Part shown: piece after piece, positions 20,178 to 30,403 of the stretch | How the letters are laid out: every line of letters begins with the position of its first letter | Position numbering within the stretch: the stretch's first letter is position 1 | NCBI GenBank assembly: GCA_023413645.1 | Contig: JAEZPN010000017.1 | Coordinates: forward strand, 1 to 54,440 | Source: Bacteroidota bacterium | Lineage (GTDB): Bacteria; Bacteroidota; Bacteroidia; Bacteroidales; Rikenellaceae | Direction of reading: 5' to 3' | DNA length: 54,440 nucleotides | Notes under the pieces: model-generated | Seen by the model: only the letters and a program-made list of their open reading frames with translations | Databases searched by the model: none | What the model was told of the DNA's origin: nothing | Made by a program: the position numbers and the translations under genes

Positions 20178-20597
20178 ATGGAATTAAAGGATATTTTGGC
20201 TATCTCGGGTCAGCCCGGCCTCTTCAAGTATGTGGCACAGTCGCAGCGTGGCGTTATCGTGGAGTCACTCCTCGATGGTAAGCGCATGAACGCTTCGGCA
20301 ACAGCACGCGTAAGCGCACTCACCGAGATCTCTATGTTCACTGAGGGTGAGGATATTCCTCTCGCAGACGTTTTCACAAACATCTGGAACTACACTGAGG
20401 GCAAGGAGGCTATCTCACACAAGGAGTCGGCAGATAAGATTCAGGCAGAGTTCGCAAAGGTATTGCCCGAGTACGACCGCGACCGCGTTCACGTATCAGA
20501 TATGAAGAAGTGCTTCGCTTGGTACAACCTCTTGGTTAAAGCTGGCTTCACAGAGTTCAAGCTCCCTAACTACGAGGAGGAGGGTGCTGAGGAGTAA
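20178..20597 (+). CDS. Conserved Bacteroidetes protein (DUF5606-like)
   Basis: ILAISGQPGLFK, IVESL.DGKR, LPEYDRDRVHVSD.KK...WYN.L pattern; TAACTTTG promoter at 20124-20131. Confidence 0.8.
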   Translation: MELKDILAISGQPGLFKYVAQSQRGVIVESLLDGKRMNASATARVSALTEISMFTEGEDIPLADVFTNIWNYTEGKEAISHKESADKIQAEFAKVLPEYDRDRVHVSDMKKCFAWYNLLVKAGFTEFKLPNYEEEGAEE

Positions 20598-20620
20598 TCC
20601 CAAACGAGCCAAAACGATAG

Positions 20621-20649
20621 AAGAGTGTCCCGCGGGGCACTCTTTTTTT
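20621..20649 (+). terminator. Intrinsic terminator
   Basis: AAGAGTGTCCC-GCG-GGGCACTCTT hairpin with a T-run. Confidence 0.8.
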
Positions 20650-20764
20650 GTATCGCAGCAGGGCCGTCGCTTGTTATTTCAAAATAAATTAGTATCTTTG
20701 AAGGTTAATATGCCTAAACAGCGTGAATAACAATAGAATAAATAAATTATAACCTAAAAAACTT

Positions 20765-22396
20765 ATGAAAAGACTACTTAAGCTTGCGGCCCTTGTGGGC
20801 GCATTCATCGGCTCGGTTTACACGGCTGATGCTTGTACAAACTTCATCGTGACGCGCGGTGCCTCTACCGACGGCTCGAACATGGTAACTTATGCTGCAG
20901 ACTCTCACGGTCTCTACGGCACACTCTACCAGCACATCCCCGGCAAGTACACAGAGTGGATGGACGTAACAGAGTGGGATACTGGTCGTTACATCGGCAA
21001 GATTCGCCAGGCTCCCGTAACATACCGCACACTCGGCAACTCTAACGAGCACTCGCTCTTCATCACTGAGACTACATTTGGTGGCCGTCCCGAGTTGGAG
21101 GATCCCAACGGTGGCATCGACTACGGTTCACTCATCTACATCACTTTGCAGCGCGCAAAGACTGCACGTGAGGCTATCGACATCATCGTTGACTTGGCTA
21201 ACACATACGGTTACTGCTCTTCAGGTGAGTCTTTCTCTATCGTAGATACTGAGGAGGCGTGGATCATGGAGCTTATCGGCAAGGGTCCCGAGGATAAGGG
21301 TATCGTATGGGTAGCACGCCGCATTCCTGATGGTTACGTTAGCGGCCACGCAAACCAGGCTCGTATCACTACATTCCCCTGGGACGACCCCGAGAACTGT
21401 CTCTACGCTGCGGATGTAGCAGATGTAGCACGTAAGTTCGGTTGGTATGAGGGTTCAAACGAGGACTTCAGCTTTGCTGAGGCATACGCACCACTCGATT
21501 TCGGTGCTATGCGTGGTTGCGAGGCTCGTGTATGGGCTTTCTTCCGCACTGTAGCTGCCGACATGGATCAGTATGAGGACTACGCTATGGGTCACAATCC
21601 TGCTAACCGCATGCCTTTGTGGGTTAAGCCCGTGGAGAAGGTATCGCCCAAGCAGCTTATGGACTGCATGCGTGACCACTATGAGGGCACAAAGATGGAT
21701 ATGACAACAGACATCGGTGCTGGTGGCGAGGGTTGCCCCTATCGTTGGCGTCCTATGTACTTCGAGGTTGACGGCGTTGAGTATTGCAACGAGCGCGCAA
21801 CAGCAACACAGCAGACAGCATTCTGGCTTGTAGGTCAGGCACGTCCTGGTAAGACTGGTATCCTCTGGTTTGGTACTGACGATGCTGCAACATCACCTCT
21901 TACACCTATCTACGTTACATCTACAGAGGTTCCCGAGTGTTTGAAGGATGGCAACGGCACAATGCTCAAGTATTCAGATACATCTATGTTCTGGATCACT
22001 AACCGCGTAGCACAGTTTGCATACTTGCGTTACAACGTCGTAGGCAAGAACGTACGCGAGGTTGTTGACTACTGGGAGAACTCTATGCTCGAGCTCATCC
22101 CCGCAATGGACGCTAAGATTGCTAACGTATCAAACAAGGATAAGAAGGCTCGCAAGGTAGCTACAGAGTTCAGCGTGGAGACTGCACAGACACTCTTCAA
22201 CGTATGGACAACACTCGACAAGTACCTCATGGTTAAGTACATCGATGGTAACGTTAAGGGTGAGGATGAGAACGGCTTTATCGACAACGGCAATGGCAAG
22301 GACATCCCTGGCATTATCGAGATGCCTGGTTACAGCGAGAATTGGAAGCGCGCTGTAGCTGCTGACAATGGTGAGGTTCTCAAGGTGGTAAAGTAA
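20765..22396 (+). CDS. C69-family (Ntn-hydrolase) dipeptidase, exported
   Basis: Signal peptide followed by the nucleophile in CTNFIV; ETTFGGR, QRAKTAREAI, SSGESFSI, HANQARI motifs; TATCTTTG promoter at 20693-20700. Confidence 0.9.
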   Translation: MKRLLKLAALVGAFIGSVYTADACTNFIVTRGASTDGSNMVTYAADSHGLYGTLYQHIPGKYTEWMDVTEWDTGRYIGKIRQAPVTYRTLGNSNEHSLFITETTFGGRPELEDPNGGIDYGSLIYITLQRAKTAREAIDIIVDLANTYGYCSSGESFSIVDTEEAWIMELIGKGPEDKGIVWVARRIPDGYVSGHANQARITTFPWDDPENCLYAADVADVARKFGWYEGSNEDFSFAEAYAPLDFGAMRGCEARVWAFFRTVAADMDQYEDYAMGHNPANRMPLWVKPVEKVSPKQLMDCMRDHYEGTKMDMTTDIGAGGEGCPYRWRPMYFEVDGVEYCNERATATQQTAFWLVGQARPGKTGILWFGTDDAATSPLTPIYVTSTEVPECLKDGNGTMLKYSDTSMFWITNRVAQFAYLRYNVVGKNVREVVDYWENSMLELIPAMDAKIANVSNKDKKARKVATEFSVETAQTLFNVWTTLDKYLMVKYIDGNVKGEDENGFIDNGNGKDIPGIIEMPGYSENWKRAVAADNGEVLKVVK

Positions 22397-22427
22397 TTGC
22401 ACTTTAACCTACTAAAGCGTTATCACT

Positions 22428-23807
22428 ATGGAAAGATATGATATCATCGTTATTGGCTCAGGCCCTGGTGGCTATGTAGCAGCTATTCGTGCGGCACAGT
22501 GTGGCAAGCGCGTGGCAATCGTCGAGAAGGCAGATGCTGGTGGCGTATGCCTCAACTGGGGTTGCATCCCCACAAAGGCCCTCGTGCGCTCGGCTCAGGT
22601 ATATGCCGACTGCAAGGCTGCTGCGACATATGGCGTGAGCATCGAGGGTGAGGTAAAGCCCGACTGGACAAAGATGGTGGAGCGTGAGCGCATGGTGGCA
22701 ACAACCATGAACAAGGGCGTTCAGTTCCTCTTGAAGAAGAATAACATCGACGTTATCGCAGGCTTCGGTCGCCTTAAGGCTGAGGATACCGTAGAGGTTG
22801 AGGGTGTTGACTACGAGGCTGACCACATCATCCTTGCAACAGGTGCACGTCCCCGCGTCATGCCCTTCATGCCCATCGACGGCAAGCACATCATCTCATC
22901 TAAGGAGGCCCTCGTACTCCCCGAGCTCCCCGAGACAATGGTTGTAGTGGGTTCTGGCGCTATCGGTTCGGAGTTCGCATACATCTACGCTACAATGGGC
23001 GTTAAGGTTACTATCGTCGAGTATATGCCTCAGATCATGCCTCTCGAGGATGAGGACACAGCAAAGGCTATGGAGCGCGCCTTCCGCAAGCTCCGCGCTA
23101 CGGTGATGACATCTACAACTGTTAAGTCTGTCGCTGTGCGCGAGGATGGCAAGTGTGACGTCGTTATCGAGGGTAAGAAGGGTGAGCAGACGCTCGAGGC
23201 AGACATCGTGCTCTCGGCTGTCGGCATCAAGTCAAACATCGAGGATATGGGTCTTGAGGAGCTCGGCATCGAGATCGAGCGCGACAAGATCAAGGTTGAC
23301 GAGCACTACAAAACAAACATCGACGGCGTATATGCCATCGGTGACATCATCGCAACACCCGCCCTTGCGCACGTAGCATCGGCTGAGGCTATCCACTGCG
23401 TGGAGCACATCTGCGGTCTCAACCCCGAGGCTGTGGACTACTCTACAATCCCATCGTGCATCTTCACCTCTCCTGAGGTTGCCTCTGTCGGCATGACCGA
23501 GGCGCAGGTAAAGGCTGCAGGCATCGAGTATAAGGTGGGTAAGTTCCCATATACCGCATCGGGTAAGGCTACTGCTGCGGGCGAGCGTGACGGCTTCGTG
23601 AAGCTTATCTTCGACGCTGAGGAGAAGCTCCTCGGTGCACACTTCGTGGGTCACAACGTTACAGAGATGATTGGCGAGCCAACCCTTGCTAAGGTATTGG
23701 GCGTGAGCGCACACCGCATCGCACGCACTATCCATGCACACCCCTCTATGCACGAGGCAGTGATGGAGGCAGCGGAGGATGCACTTGGTTGCGCTATCCA
23801 CATGTAA
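22428..23807 (+). CDS. lpdA: Dihydrolipoyl dehydrogenase
   Basis: GSGPGGYVAAIRAAQ, GGVCLNWGCIPTK redox motif, GSGAIGSE, YAIGD, HAHPSMHE. Confidence 0.96.
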   Translation: MERYDIIVIGSGPGGYVAAIRAAQCGKRVAIVEKADAGGVCLNWGCIPTKALVRSAQVYADCKAAATYGVSIEGEVKPDWTKMVERERMVATTMNKGVQFLLKKNNIDVIAGFGRLKAEDTVEVEGVDYEADHIILATGARPRVMPFMPIDGKHIISSKEALVLPELPETMVVVGSGAIGSEFAYIYATMGVKVTIVEYMPQIMPLEDEDTAKAMERAFRKLRATVMTSTTVKSVAVREDGKCDVVIEGKKGEQTLEADIVLSAVGIKSNIEDMGLEELGIEIERDKIKVDEHYKTNIDGVYAIGDIIATPALAHVASAEAIHCVEHICGLNPEAVDYSTIPSCIFTSPEVASVGMTEAQVKAAGIEYKVGKFPYTASGKATAAGERDGFVKLIFDAEEKLLGAHFVGHNVTEMIGEPTLAKVLGVSAHRIARTIHAHPSMHEAVMEAAEDALGCAIHM

Positions 23808-23934
23808 TTTAGCACTATAAGGCAGCATCTGCTGCCGCTAACAAAAGAAAATGCGAATGGGCAGTACGCCACAGTACAACCCATCCGCATTTTTTTTGCC
23901 GAGCGTTGCATCTACTACCTTCTACTGCTAAATT
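23806..23934 (-). repeat. 129 bp long-hairpin element, divergent copy B1
   Basis: Terminal IR AATTTAGCA...TGCTAAATT; core GAATGGGCAGTAC-GCCACA-GTACAACCCATCC; begins inside the lpdA stop TAA (23805-23807). Confidence 0.82.
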
Positions 23935-23935
23935 G

Positions 23936-24063
23936 AATCTCTTGTGAAAAGAGGTCATTCTCGACCTCTCAATCAATAGCCAGAATGGGACGTACGCCAA
24001 AGTACTACCCATCCTGGCTATTTTCATGTCGAGACCAAGCCTAACCACTTTTGACAAGAGATT
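23936..24063 (-). repeat. 128 bp long-hairpin element, copy B2
   Basis: Terminal IR AATCTCTTGT...ACAAGAGATT; reverse complement closely matches copy A (inner stem ATAGCCAG/CTGGCTAT). Confidence 0.88.
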
Positions 24064-24075
24064 CGGTTGTGGGGA

Positions 24076-24118
24076 TTTCTCATGTCAGCGACACATCTGC
24101 GCAGCCATGGCAAGAAAT
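24076..24118 (-). repeat. Half copy of the long-hairpin element
   Basis: TTTCTCATGTCAGCGACACATCT...CAAGAAAT resembles the reverse complement of the left arm of copies E1/E2. Confidence 0.55.
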
Positions 24119-24180
24119 AGAGTCGCGGGCTTGCACTCTTGCCATATAATTTGTACTTTTGCAAGCAAAAGCACAAAACT

Positions 24181-24840
24181 ATGACCGTAAAGCAACGATT
24201 AGAGAGAATATACGCCACACTGCCCGAGGGTGTGAACCTTGTGGCCGTATCGAAGTTTCACCCCGCAGAGCGCGTGATGGAGGCCTACGAGGCTGGCCAG
24301 CGCATCTTCGGCGAGAGCCGCCCACAGGAGATGGCACAAAAGCAGGCTACCCTACCCGCCGACATCGAGTGGCACATGATTGGCCACCTCCAGACCAACA
24401 AGGTCAAACTTATTGCCCCCTTCGTATCACTCATCGCATCGGTAGACTCCGACCGTCTCGTCGAGGAGATTGAGAAGCAGGCAGCAAAAAATGAGCGCAC
24501 GATAGACATTCTGCTTGAGGTGCACGTTGCCGATGAGGAGACAAAGTCGGGTTGGGACATCGAGGCGTTGCGCTCATACCTCGCATCGGGAGCGTTGGAT
24601 GCCATGTCACACATCCGCGTTCGTGGTGTTATGACAATCGCCACAAACACCGACGACGAGGCTACCATACGTCGCGATTTCCAAACTATTAGAGATATTT
24701 TCGAGGAGCTTAAGCCACGCTTTGGCGAGACGTTCGACACCCTCTCTATCGGCATGTCTGACGACTACCCCATCGCCCTTGAGTATGGTTCGACAATGGT
24801 GCGCATAGGCACTGCGATATTTGGTGCCCGCGAATATTAA
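24181..24840 (+). CDS. yggS: YggS-family pyridoxal phosphate homeostasis protein
   Basis: LVAVSKFHP, FGESRPQE, WHMIGHLQTNK, LSIGMSDDY, GSTMVRIGTAIFG motifs; TACTTTTG promoter at 24154-24161. Confidence 0.94.
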   Translation: MTVKQRLERIYATLPEGVNLVAVSKFHPAERVMEAYEAGQRIFGESRPQEMAQKQATLPADIEWHMIGHLQTNKVKLIAPFVSLIASVDSDRLVEEIEKQAAKNERTIDILLEVHVADEETKSGWDIEALRSYLASGALDAMSHIRVRGVMTIATNTDDEATIRRDFQTIRDIFEELKPRFGETFDTLSIGMSDDYPIALEYGSTMVRIGTAIFGAREY

Positions 24841-24853
24841 ACGAGGTTTTGTC

Positions 24854-25582
24854 ATGCGCTATTTCATAGAGTTACAATACGACGGTGCGGCATATTTCGG
24901 ATGGCAGCGCCAACCCGACACCGCTACGGTGCAGGGTACCATCGAGGCTAAGCTCTCGATGCTACGCGGCACGCCTACAGAGATTGTGGGAGCGGGACGC
25001 ACAGATACGGGCGTGAATGCCTCGTTCTACACCGCACACTTCGACAGCGACACCACCGTAGATTGCCATCAGCTTGCCTACAAGATGAACAAGGTGTTGC
25101 CCCACGACATCGCTATTATGCGCATATACGAGGTTGATGAGAACCAGCATGCGCGCTTCGACGCCAAGGAGCGTGAGTACACCTACTTCCTCACACCCCG
25201 CAAATCGCCCTTCCGTCGCTACTCAGCATGGCACTACACCGCCGACCTCGACATCGAGGCTATGAACGCCGCAGCACGACGACTTCTTGTGCACGAGGAT
25301 TTTACATCATTTGCAAAACTAAACTCCAACAATAAGACCAATATCTGCCACATAACACACGCCGAGTGGGTGGTGGAGAGTGACGGCACACTACGCTTCA
25401 CCATTCGTGCCGACCGCTTCCTGCGCAATATGGTACGCGCCATTGTGGGCACACTTGTCGATGTTGGTCGTGGTCGCTACACCGTCGAGGAGTTCGACAA
25501 CATCATCACCTCGCGTGACCTGTCACGCTCAAGCGCTGGAGCCCCCGCCTGCGGATTATTCCTCTCGAACGTAAGATATTAG
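24854..25582 (+). CDS. truA: tRNA pseudouridine(38-40) synthase
   Basis: YDGAAYFGWQRQP, GAGRTDTGV, HARFDA, FLRNMVRAIVG, APACGLFL motifs. Confidence 0.96.
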   Translation: MRYFIELQYDGAAYFGWQRQPDTATVQGTIEAKLSMLRGTPTEIVGAGRTDTGVNASFYTAHFDSDTTVDCHQLAYKMNKVLPHDIAIMRIYEVDENQHARFDAKEREYTYFLTPRKSPFRRYSAWHYTADLDIEAMNAAARRLLVHEDFTSFAKLNSNNKTNICHITHAEWVVESDGTLRFTIRADRFLRNMVRAIVGTLVDVGRGRYTVEEFDNIITSRDLSRSSAGAPACGLFLSNVRY

Positions 25583-25600
25583 CAGGCGTACCTCCACATA

Positions 25601-28600
25601 ATGAGCCGATTAACACGATACATACTCTCTATTGTACTTCTTCTCGTTACGACATCTGCCTCGGCGCAGAGTTCACTCAACAAGACGGAGCGCACCGCCA
25701 TTGCCGCGAAGCTACAGAGCATAACGCTACCCGAAGTAACGGGAAGCTACGTCAAGGTAGACGAGGTACGCATACGCAACCGCAAGGTCGAGGTTAAGGC
25801 CTCGGCAGAGCTCGCCTACTACCCCATACGTCCCGACAACCTCGAGCGTATATACGACAGTGTGCGTAGTGCCCTACCCGAGAAGTATCGTTTCTACGAA
25901 CTACTCATCTACTCCGACGGCAAACTCATCGACAACCTCATACCCCACTACTACGATCCTGAGCACACCTCAAAGGCCTTTACATATCGAAATGTAACGC
26001 CCCTAATAACGCGCACAAGCGAGTTATCACAACCCACTAATGGTCTACAAAACAGACATATAGCGCTATGGCAGAGTCATGGTCGCTACTACAAAAACAA
26101 GATGGACGACTGGTATTGGCAGCGTGTACGTCTGTGGGAGACAGTCGAGGATCTATACACGCAGAGCTACGTAATACCCTACATCCTGCCGATGCTCGAG
26201 CGCGCTGGAGCAAACGTACTCCTCCCGCGAGAGCGTAGCATGCGCACCGAGGAGGTAATTTTAGATAACGACAAGGGCATATCGCCCGCCATCTATCGCG
26301 AGACAAGCGGCGCTACGGCATGGAAGCATGCTGGTCGAGGTTTTGCACACCTGCACGAGGTTTACCCCACGGGACACAACCCCTTTACCGACGGCACGGC
26401 ACGCATGATAGCAACGACAACCGATGGTTCGAACGTTGCAACAGCAACATGGGGTGGCACGATACCTACCTCGGGCACATACACCCTATATATCTCATAC
26501 ACAACGCTTAAGAATAGCGTGAGCGATGCTCACTACACAGTGCATGCCTCGGGTGCCGACCACACCTTCACCATCAACCAGAAGATGGGAGGTTCGATGT
26601 GGATAGCGCTTGGCGAGTTCTACTTTGAGGCAGGCGAGCACGATACACTTGTGACGCTCACGAACTACTCAACGGAGCAGGGCGTGGTGAGCGCCGATGC
26701 TATAAAGATTGGTGGTGGCATGGGTAACATCGGTCGCAGTTCCAGCATTACGGACACTCTCACAAAGGCTAACACAAGTGGCTACCCACGCTTTACCGAA
26801 GGTGCACGCTACTGGTTGCAGTGGTCGGGATTTCCCACACACGTCTATTCACCGAAGGATAACACCGACGACTACAAAGAGGACTATATGTCTCGCGCAC
26901 ACTGGGTTAACCACCTTATGGGAGGCAGCGAGAACCTCGCAGACAGCACAGGCAAACGCATACCCATCGACCTGACACTCGCCATGCACTCCGACGCTGG
27001 AGTGAGAGACAACGACGATGTGGTGGGCACACTCGGCATATACTGCACACGCGACAACAAGGGTAAATTCGCCCTCAACACCTCGCGCCTACGTTCGCGC
27101 GACCTCACAGATGTCGTGATGACGCAGATTGTCGAGGACATACGCGCACTGCACGAGCCCGAGTGGAAGCGTCGTGGCATGTGGGATAGAGCATACTACG
27201 AGGCACGCATACCTAACTGTCCCACGATGCTCCTCGAGTTACTCTCACATCAGAACTATGGCGACATGAGCTACGGCCTCGACCCCGCCTTCCGCTTCGA
27301 TGTGAGTCGCGCGATATACAAGGGCATACTACGCTATGTGGCATCGCAGTACAACTTCGACTACGTTGTGCAGCCCCTTCCCGTGCACAACTTCGCAGTG
27401 GTACTAAAGGGCAACACAGCACACCTATCGTGGCAGCCTACACACGACCCCCTCGAGCCCACCGCCGAGGCAGAGTACTATATATTATATACGCGCGTGG
27501 ATGGCGGAGGTTTCGACACTGGCCGCCGCATAGATGCCACCTCGACAACCGTCAAGCAGGAGGCTGACCACATATACAGCTACCGCATAACTGCTGTAAA
27601 TGGTGGTGGCGAGAGCTTCGATAGCGAGACCCTCTCGGCATGCTACACCTCGCACTCCAAGGGCGACATACTTGTCGTTAACGGCTTTACGCGCGTATCG
27701 GCACCCCAGCGCATATCTACAGACTCCACCGCAGGCTTCGTACATACACACGATGGTGGCGTACCATACATCGAGGACATATCCTTCATCGGCGAGCAGA
27801 CCATATTTGACCGCTCACTAAACCGCTCGGAGGATGATCGCAACGCCCTCGGCACGTCGCGCCGCAACTACGAGACACAGGTGCTTGCAGGCAACACCTT
27901 CGACTACCCTGCTCTGCATGGTGCATCTATCTGCGAGGCAGGATACTCCTTCTCCTCTACATCGGCAGGTGCTGTGGAGGCGGGCACGGTAGAGCTCCAG
28001 GAGTTCCGCGCCGTAGACCTTATACTCGGCAAGCAGCGCACAACAACCATAGGTCGAAACACCACACCTCGCCACGAGGCCATCCCCACGACCTTGCAAC
28101 AAGCGCTACGCACATACACCGAAGCGGGAGGAGCACTCCTTGTTACGGGAGCATACACCCTAACAGACCTACACGAGGATACTACGGTTGAGGACATAGC
28201 CTTTGCCGAAGAGGTGATACACGCATCGTTTGGCGGCTGTGACACCCTCGCCGAGCGTGCCATGACACCCATAACGCTCTCACTAAAGCGTAAGCAAACG
28301 TCGTGTCTAATTGGCGAGGTGGCATTCAACACCGAGCTATCCTCGGAGATATACGCTGTGGAGGCGGCAGAGATTGTATCGCCCATAGGTGAGGGTGCGC
28401 ACTCCATACTTCTCTACGACACCGACACCTCGGCAGCCATAGCCTATGCGGGTGGTCACCGCGCAATCGTCGTGGGTTTCCCCTTTGAGACCATAACAAA
28501 CGACAACGAGCGCAACCGCATGATGGCAAAGAGTCTCGACTACCTACTCTCGAAGCATAAGAGCGCTGAGGAGCGTAAGAGCGAGCGCAAGAGTCGCAAA

Positions 28601-28624
28601 AAGAGTAAGAAAACCCAGAAGTAA
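25601..28624 (+). CDS. Large exported Bacteroidales protein with an amidase-like domain, a xanthan-lyase/golvesin-like module and an FnIII domain
   Basis: Signal peptide; IALWQSHG, HSDAG and LLELLSH amidase-type motifs; VSADAIKIGG module; FnIII-like LSWQP...YRITAVN.GGES. Confidence 0.7.
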   Translation: MSRLTRYILSIVLLLVTTSASAQSSLNKTERTAIAAKLQSITLPEVTGSYVKVDEVRIRNRKVEVKASAELAYYPIRPDNLERIYDSVRSALPEKYRFYELLIYSDGKLIDNLIPHYYDPEHTSKAFTYRNVTPLITRTSELSQPTNGLQNRHIALWQSHGRYYKNKMDDWYWQRVRLWETVEDLYTQSYVIPYILPMLERAGANVLLPRERSMRTEEVILDNDKGISPAIYRETSGATAWKHAGRGFAHLHEVYPTGHNPFTDGTARMIATTTDGSNVATATWGGTIPTSGTYTLYISYTTLKNSVSDAHYTVHASGADHTFTINQKMGGSMWIALGEFYFEAGEHDTLVTLTNYSTEQGVVSADAIKIGGGMGNIGRSSSITDTLTKANTSGYPRFTEGARYWLQWSGFPTHVYSPKDNTDDYKEDYMSRAHWVNHLMGGSENLADSTGKRIPIDLTLAMHSDAGVRDNDDVVGTLGIYCTRDNKGKFALNTSRLRSRDLTDVVMTQIVEDIRALHEPEWKRRGMWDRAYYEARIPNCPTMLLELLSHQNYGDMSYGLDPAFRFDVSRAIYKGILRYVASQYNFDYVVQPLPVHNFAVVLKGNTAHLSWQPTHDPLEPTAEAEYYILYTRVDGGGFDTGRRIDATSTTVKQEADHIYSYRITAVNGGGESFDSETLSACYTSHSKGDILVVNGFTRVSAPQRISTDSTAGFVHTHDGGVPYIEDISFIGEQTIFDRSLNRSEDDRNALGTSRRNYETQVLAGNTFDYPALHGASICEAGYSFSSTSAGAVEAGTVELQEFRAVDLILGKQRTTTIGRNTTPRHEAIPTTLQQALRTYTEAGGALLVTGAYTLTDLHEDTTVEDIAFAEEVIHASFGGCDTLAERAMTPITLSLKRKQTSCLIGEVAFNTELSSEIYAVEAAEIVSPIGEGAHSILLYDTDTSAAIAYAGGHRAIVVGFPFETITNDNERNRMMAKSLDYLLSKHKSAEERKSERKSRKKSKKTQK

Positions 28625-28627
28625 CCC

Positions 28628-29533
28628 ATGAAACTCACACGCCAAAACATAAGAACACTCGCCATGCCCCTGGCTATGGTTGTAGGCGTAGCACTATGCC
28701 GCCCGCTTGCTGTAGTCGAGGAGGTGACACAACACACCTTAACACCCGTGCTTATCGCGGCGATGCTATTTATAACCTTCTGCCGCGTCGATGTGCGCCA
28801 GATGCGTCTATCGTGGTCGCACCTATGGATGTTACTCATTCAGTTTGTGGGTGCCGCTATTGTCTATTATGCCGTGACACCACTCTTAGGCGAAACCGTA
28901 GGTCAGGGCGCTATGATTTGCGTTATGGCACCTATAGCCATGGCTGCGGTGGTGATTGGTGGCATGCTCGGTGGTAACGTAACGATGATGGTTACGTATA
29001 GTCTTATCTGCAACCTCGTCACCGCGATTGTGGCTCCCTATATGCTCCACGCCTTTGGCAATGGTAGCTGCGACTTTATGGAGATTATCGGACGCGTAGC
29101 CCCCACACTTATCGCACCCTTTGTCGTTGCGCAGTTCTGCCGCTGGTTGCTACCAAAGGTTGCAGCATGGTTCGCATCGCACTCATCCATATCGTTCTAC
29201 CTATGGCTCATATCGCTAATCCTCGTTATGGGTCGCACCACAATATTTATTATCGGCACTAAGGATGCCGACACAATGGTTGAGATAGAGCTCGCCCTGG
29301 TGGCCCTCGTGCTCTGCATTGCGCAGTTCAGGGCGGGACGCTTCTTGGGTCGCTATACGGGTGATGTGGTGGCAACGACACAGTCCGTAGGTCAGAAGAA
29401 CACCATCTTCGCGATATGGCTCTCGCTAAACTTCCTCAACCCCATCGCCTCTATCGCCCCCACGGCATATATCGTGTGGCAGAACCTTATCAACAGCTGG
29501 CAGATGTGGAAGCATGAGAACAAAAAGCGATAG
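28628..29533 (+). CDS. Bile acid:sodium symporter (BASS/BART) family transporter
   Basis: About 9-10 TM helices; APIAMAAVVI and GQKNT motifs. Confidence 0.8.
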   Translation: MKLTRQNIRTLAMPLAMVVGVALCRPLAVVEEVTQHTLTPVLIAAMLFITFCRVDVRQMRLSWSHLWMLLIQFVGAAIVYYAVTPLLGETVGQGAMICVMAPIAMAAVVIGGMLGGNVTMMVTYSLICNLVTAIVAPYMLHAFGNGSCDFMEIIGRVAPTLIAPFVVAQFCRWLLPKVAAWFASHSSISFYLWLISLILVMGRTTIFIIGTKDADTMVEIELALVALVLCIAQFRAGRFLGRYTGDVVATTQSVGQKNTIFAIWLSLNFLNPIASIAPTAYIVWQNLINSWQMWKHENKKR

Positions 29534-29590
29534 TCGCATGGCGCCATTATTGCAGTACACGAGGGTATAAAACCTTAAAACACTGCAATT

Positions 29591-30208
29591 ATGACACTTT
29601 CAACCATTGCCACGGCGCTCATCACCATCGTTGAGCTGCCCTACGCCTACGACGCTCTCGAGCCCTACATCTCTGCCGAGACGCTACACTTCCACCACGA
29701 CAAGCACTATGCGACATACGTCGCCAAGCTAAACGAGCTGATTGAGGATACGCGCTATGCCACAATGCCCCTCGAGGAGATTGTGCGCACCAGCGATGGC
29801 GCTATCTTCAACAACGCCGCACAAGCCTGGAACCATGTCTTCTACTTCGAGCAGCTTGCACCACGTGCCCAGCACAACCCCACGGGCGCCCTTAAGCGCG
29901 CCATAGTTGAGGAGTTCGGCTCGTTCGAGGCACTTAAGGAGCGCATGACAACGCAGGCCACGACACTCTTTGGCTCGGGCTGGACGTGGCTCGCGGCGGA
30001 CAAAGACGGCAGGCTCTACATCATCTCGAAGCCCAACGCGGGCACACCCCTAACGGACGACCTAACGCCACTCTTGGCAATAGATGTGTGGGAGCACGCC
30101 TACTACATCGACTACCGCAATATGCGCCGTAATAGCGTTGATGAACTCTGGAAGGTCATCGACTGGCGAATAATAGAGGAGCGCTATAACGCAATCTCGG
30201 CGGTATAA
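29591..30208 (+). CDS. sodB: Fe/Mn superoxide dismutase (Fe-type signature)
   Basis: LPYAYDALEP, HHDKH, FNNAAQAWNH, FGSGW.WL, DVWEHAYY motifs. Confidence 0.94.
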   Translation: MTLSTIATALITIVELPYAYDALEPYISAETLHFHHDKHYATYVAKLNELIEDTRYATMPLEEIVRTSDGAIFNNAAQAWNHVFYFEQLAPRAQHNPTGALKRAIVEEFGSFEALKERMTTQATTLFGSGWTWLAADKDGRLYIISKPNAGTPLTDDLTPLLAIDVWEHAYYIDYRNMRRNSVDELWKVIDWRIIEERYNAISAV

Positions 30209-30220
30209 AATACCGCACAC

Positions 30221-30246
30221 AATTTAGCGTCAGAGTGGTGTGGTGA
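30221..30246 (+). repeat. Short terminal remnant of the hairpin element family
   Basis: AATTTAGCGTCAGAGTGGTGTGGT shares TCAGAGTGGTGTGGT with the 7089 remnant and AATTTAGC with copy B1. Confidence 0.45.
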
Positions 30247-30275
30247 CATCAAGTTCCTTTGTTGCAACACCACCC

Positions 30276-30403
30276 AATTTCTTGTCAGAAGGGGTTAGAT
30301 GTGGCCCCGATAAAGAGAAAGAGCGGATGGGTTGTACTTGACCGTACTACCCATTCGCTCTTTGGATTGAGGGGTCGCAGATGACCCCTTATCACAAGAA
30401 ATT
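30276..30403 (+). repeat. 128 bp long-hairpin element, copy C
   Basis: Terminal IR AATTTCTTGT...ACAAGAAATT; inner stem AAAGAGCGGATGGG/CCCATTCGCTCTTT; overlaps the stop codon (30402-30404) of the carboxylase gene. Confidence 0.88.

Noticed and set aside
23651..24218. Short ORFs 23651-23911, 23815-24057, 24024-24218 and 53848-54051 with similar peptides (RMG.T..Y.PF)
   Set aside because: The similarity derives from the shared hairpin element; the ORFs have inconsistent starts and lengths, so a conserved peptide is not supported.
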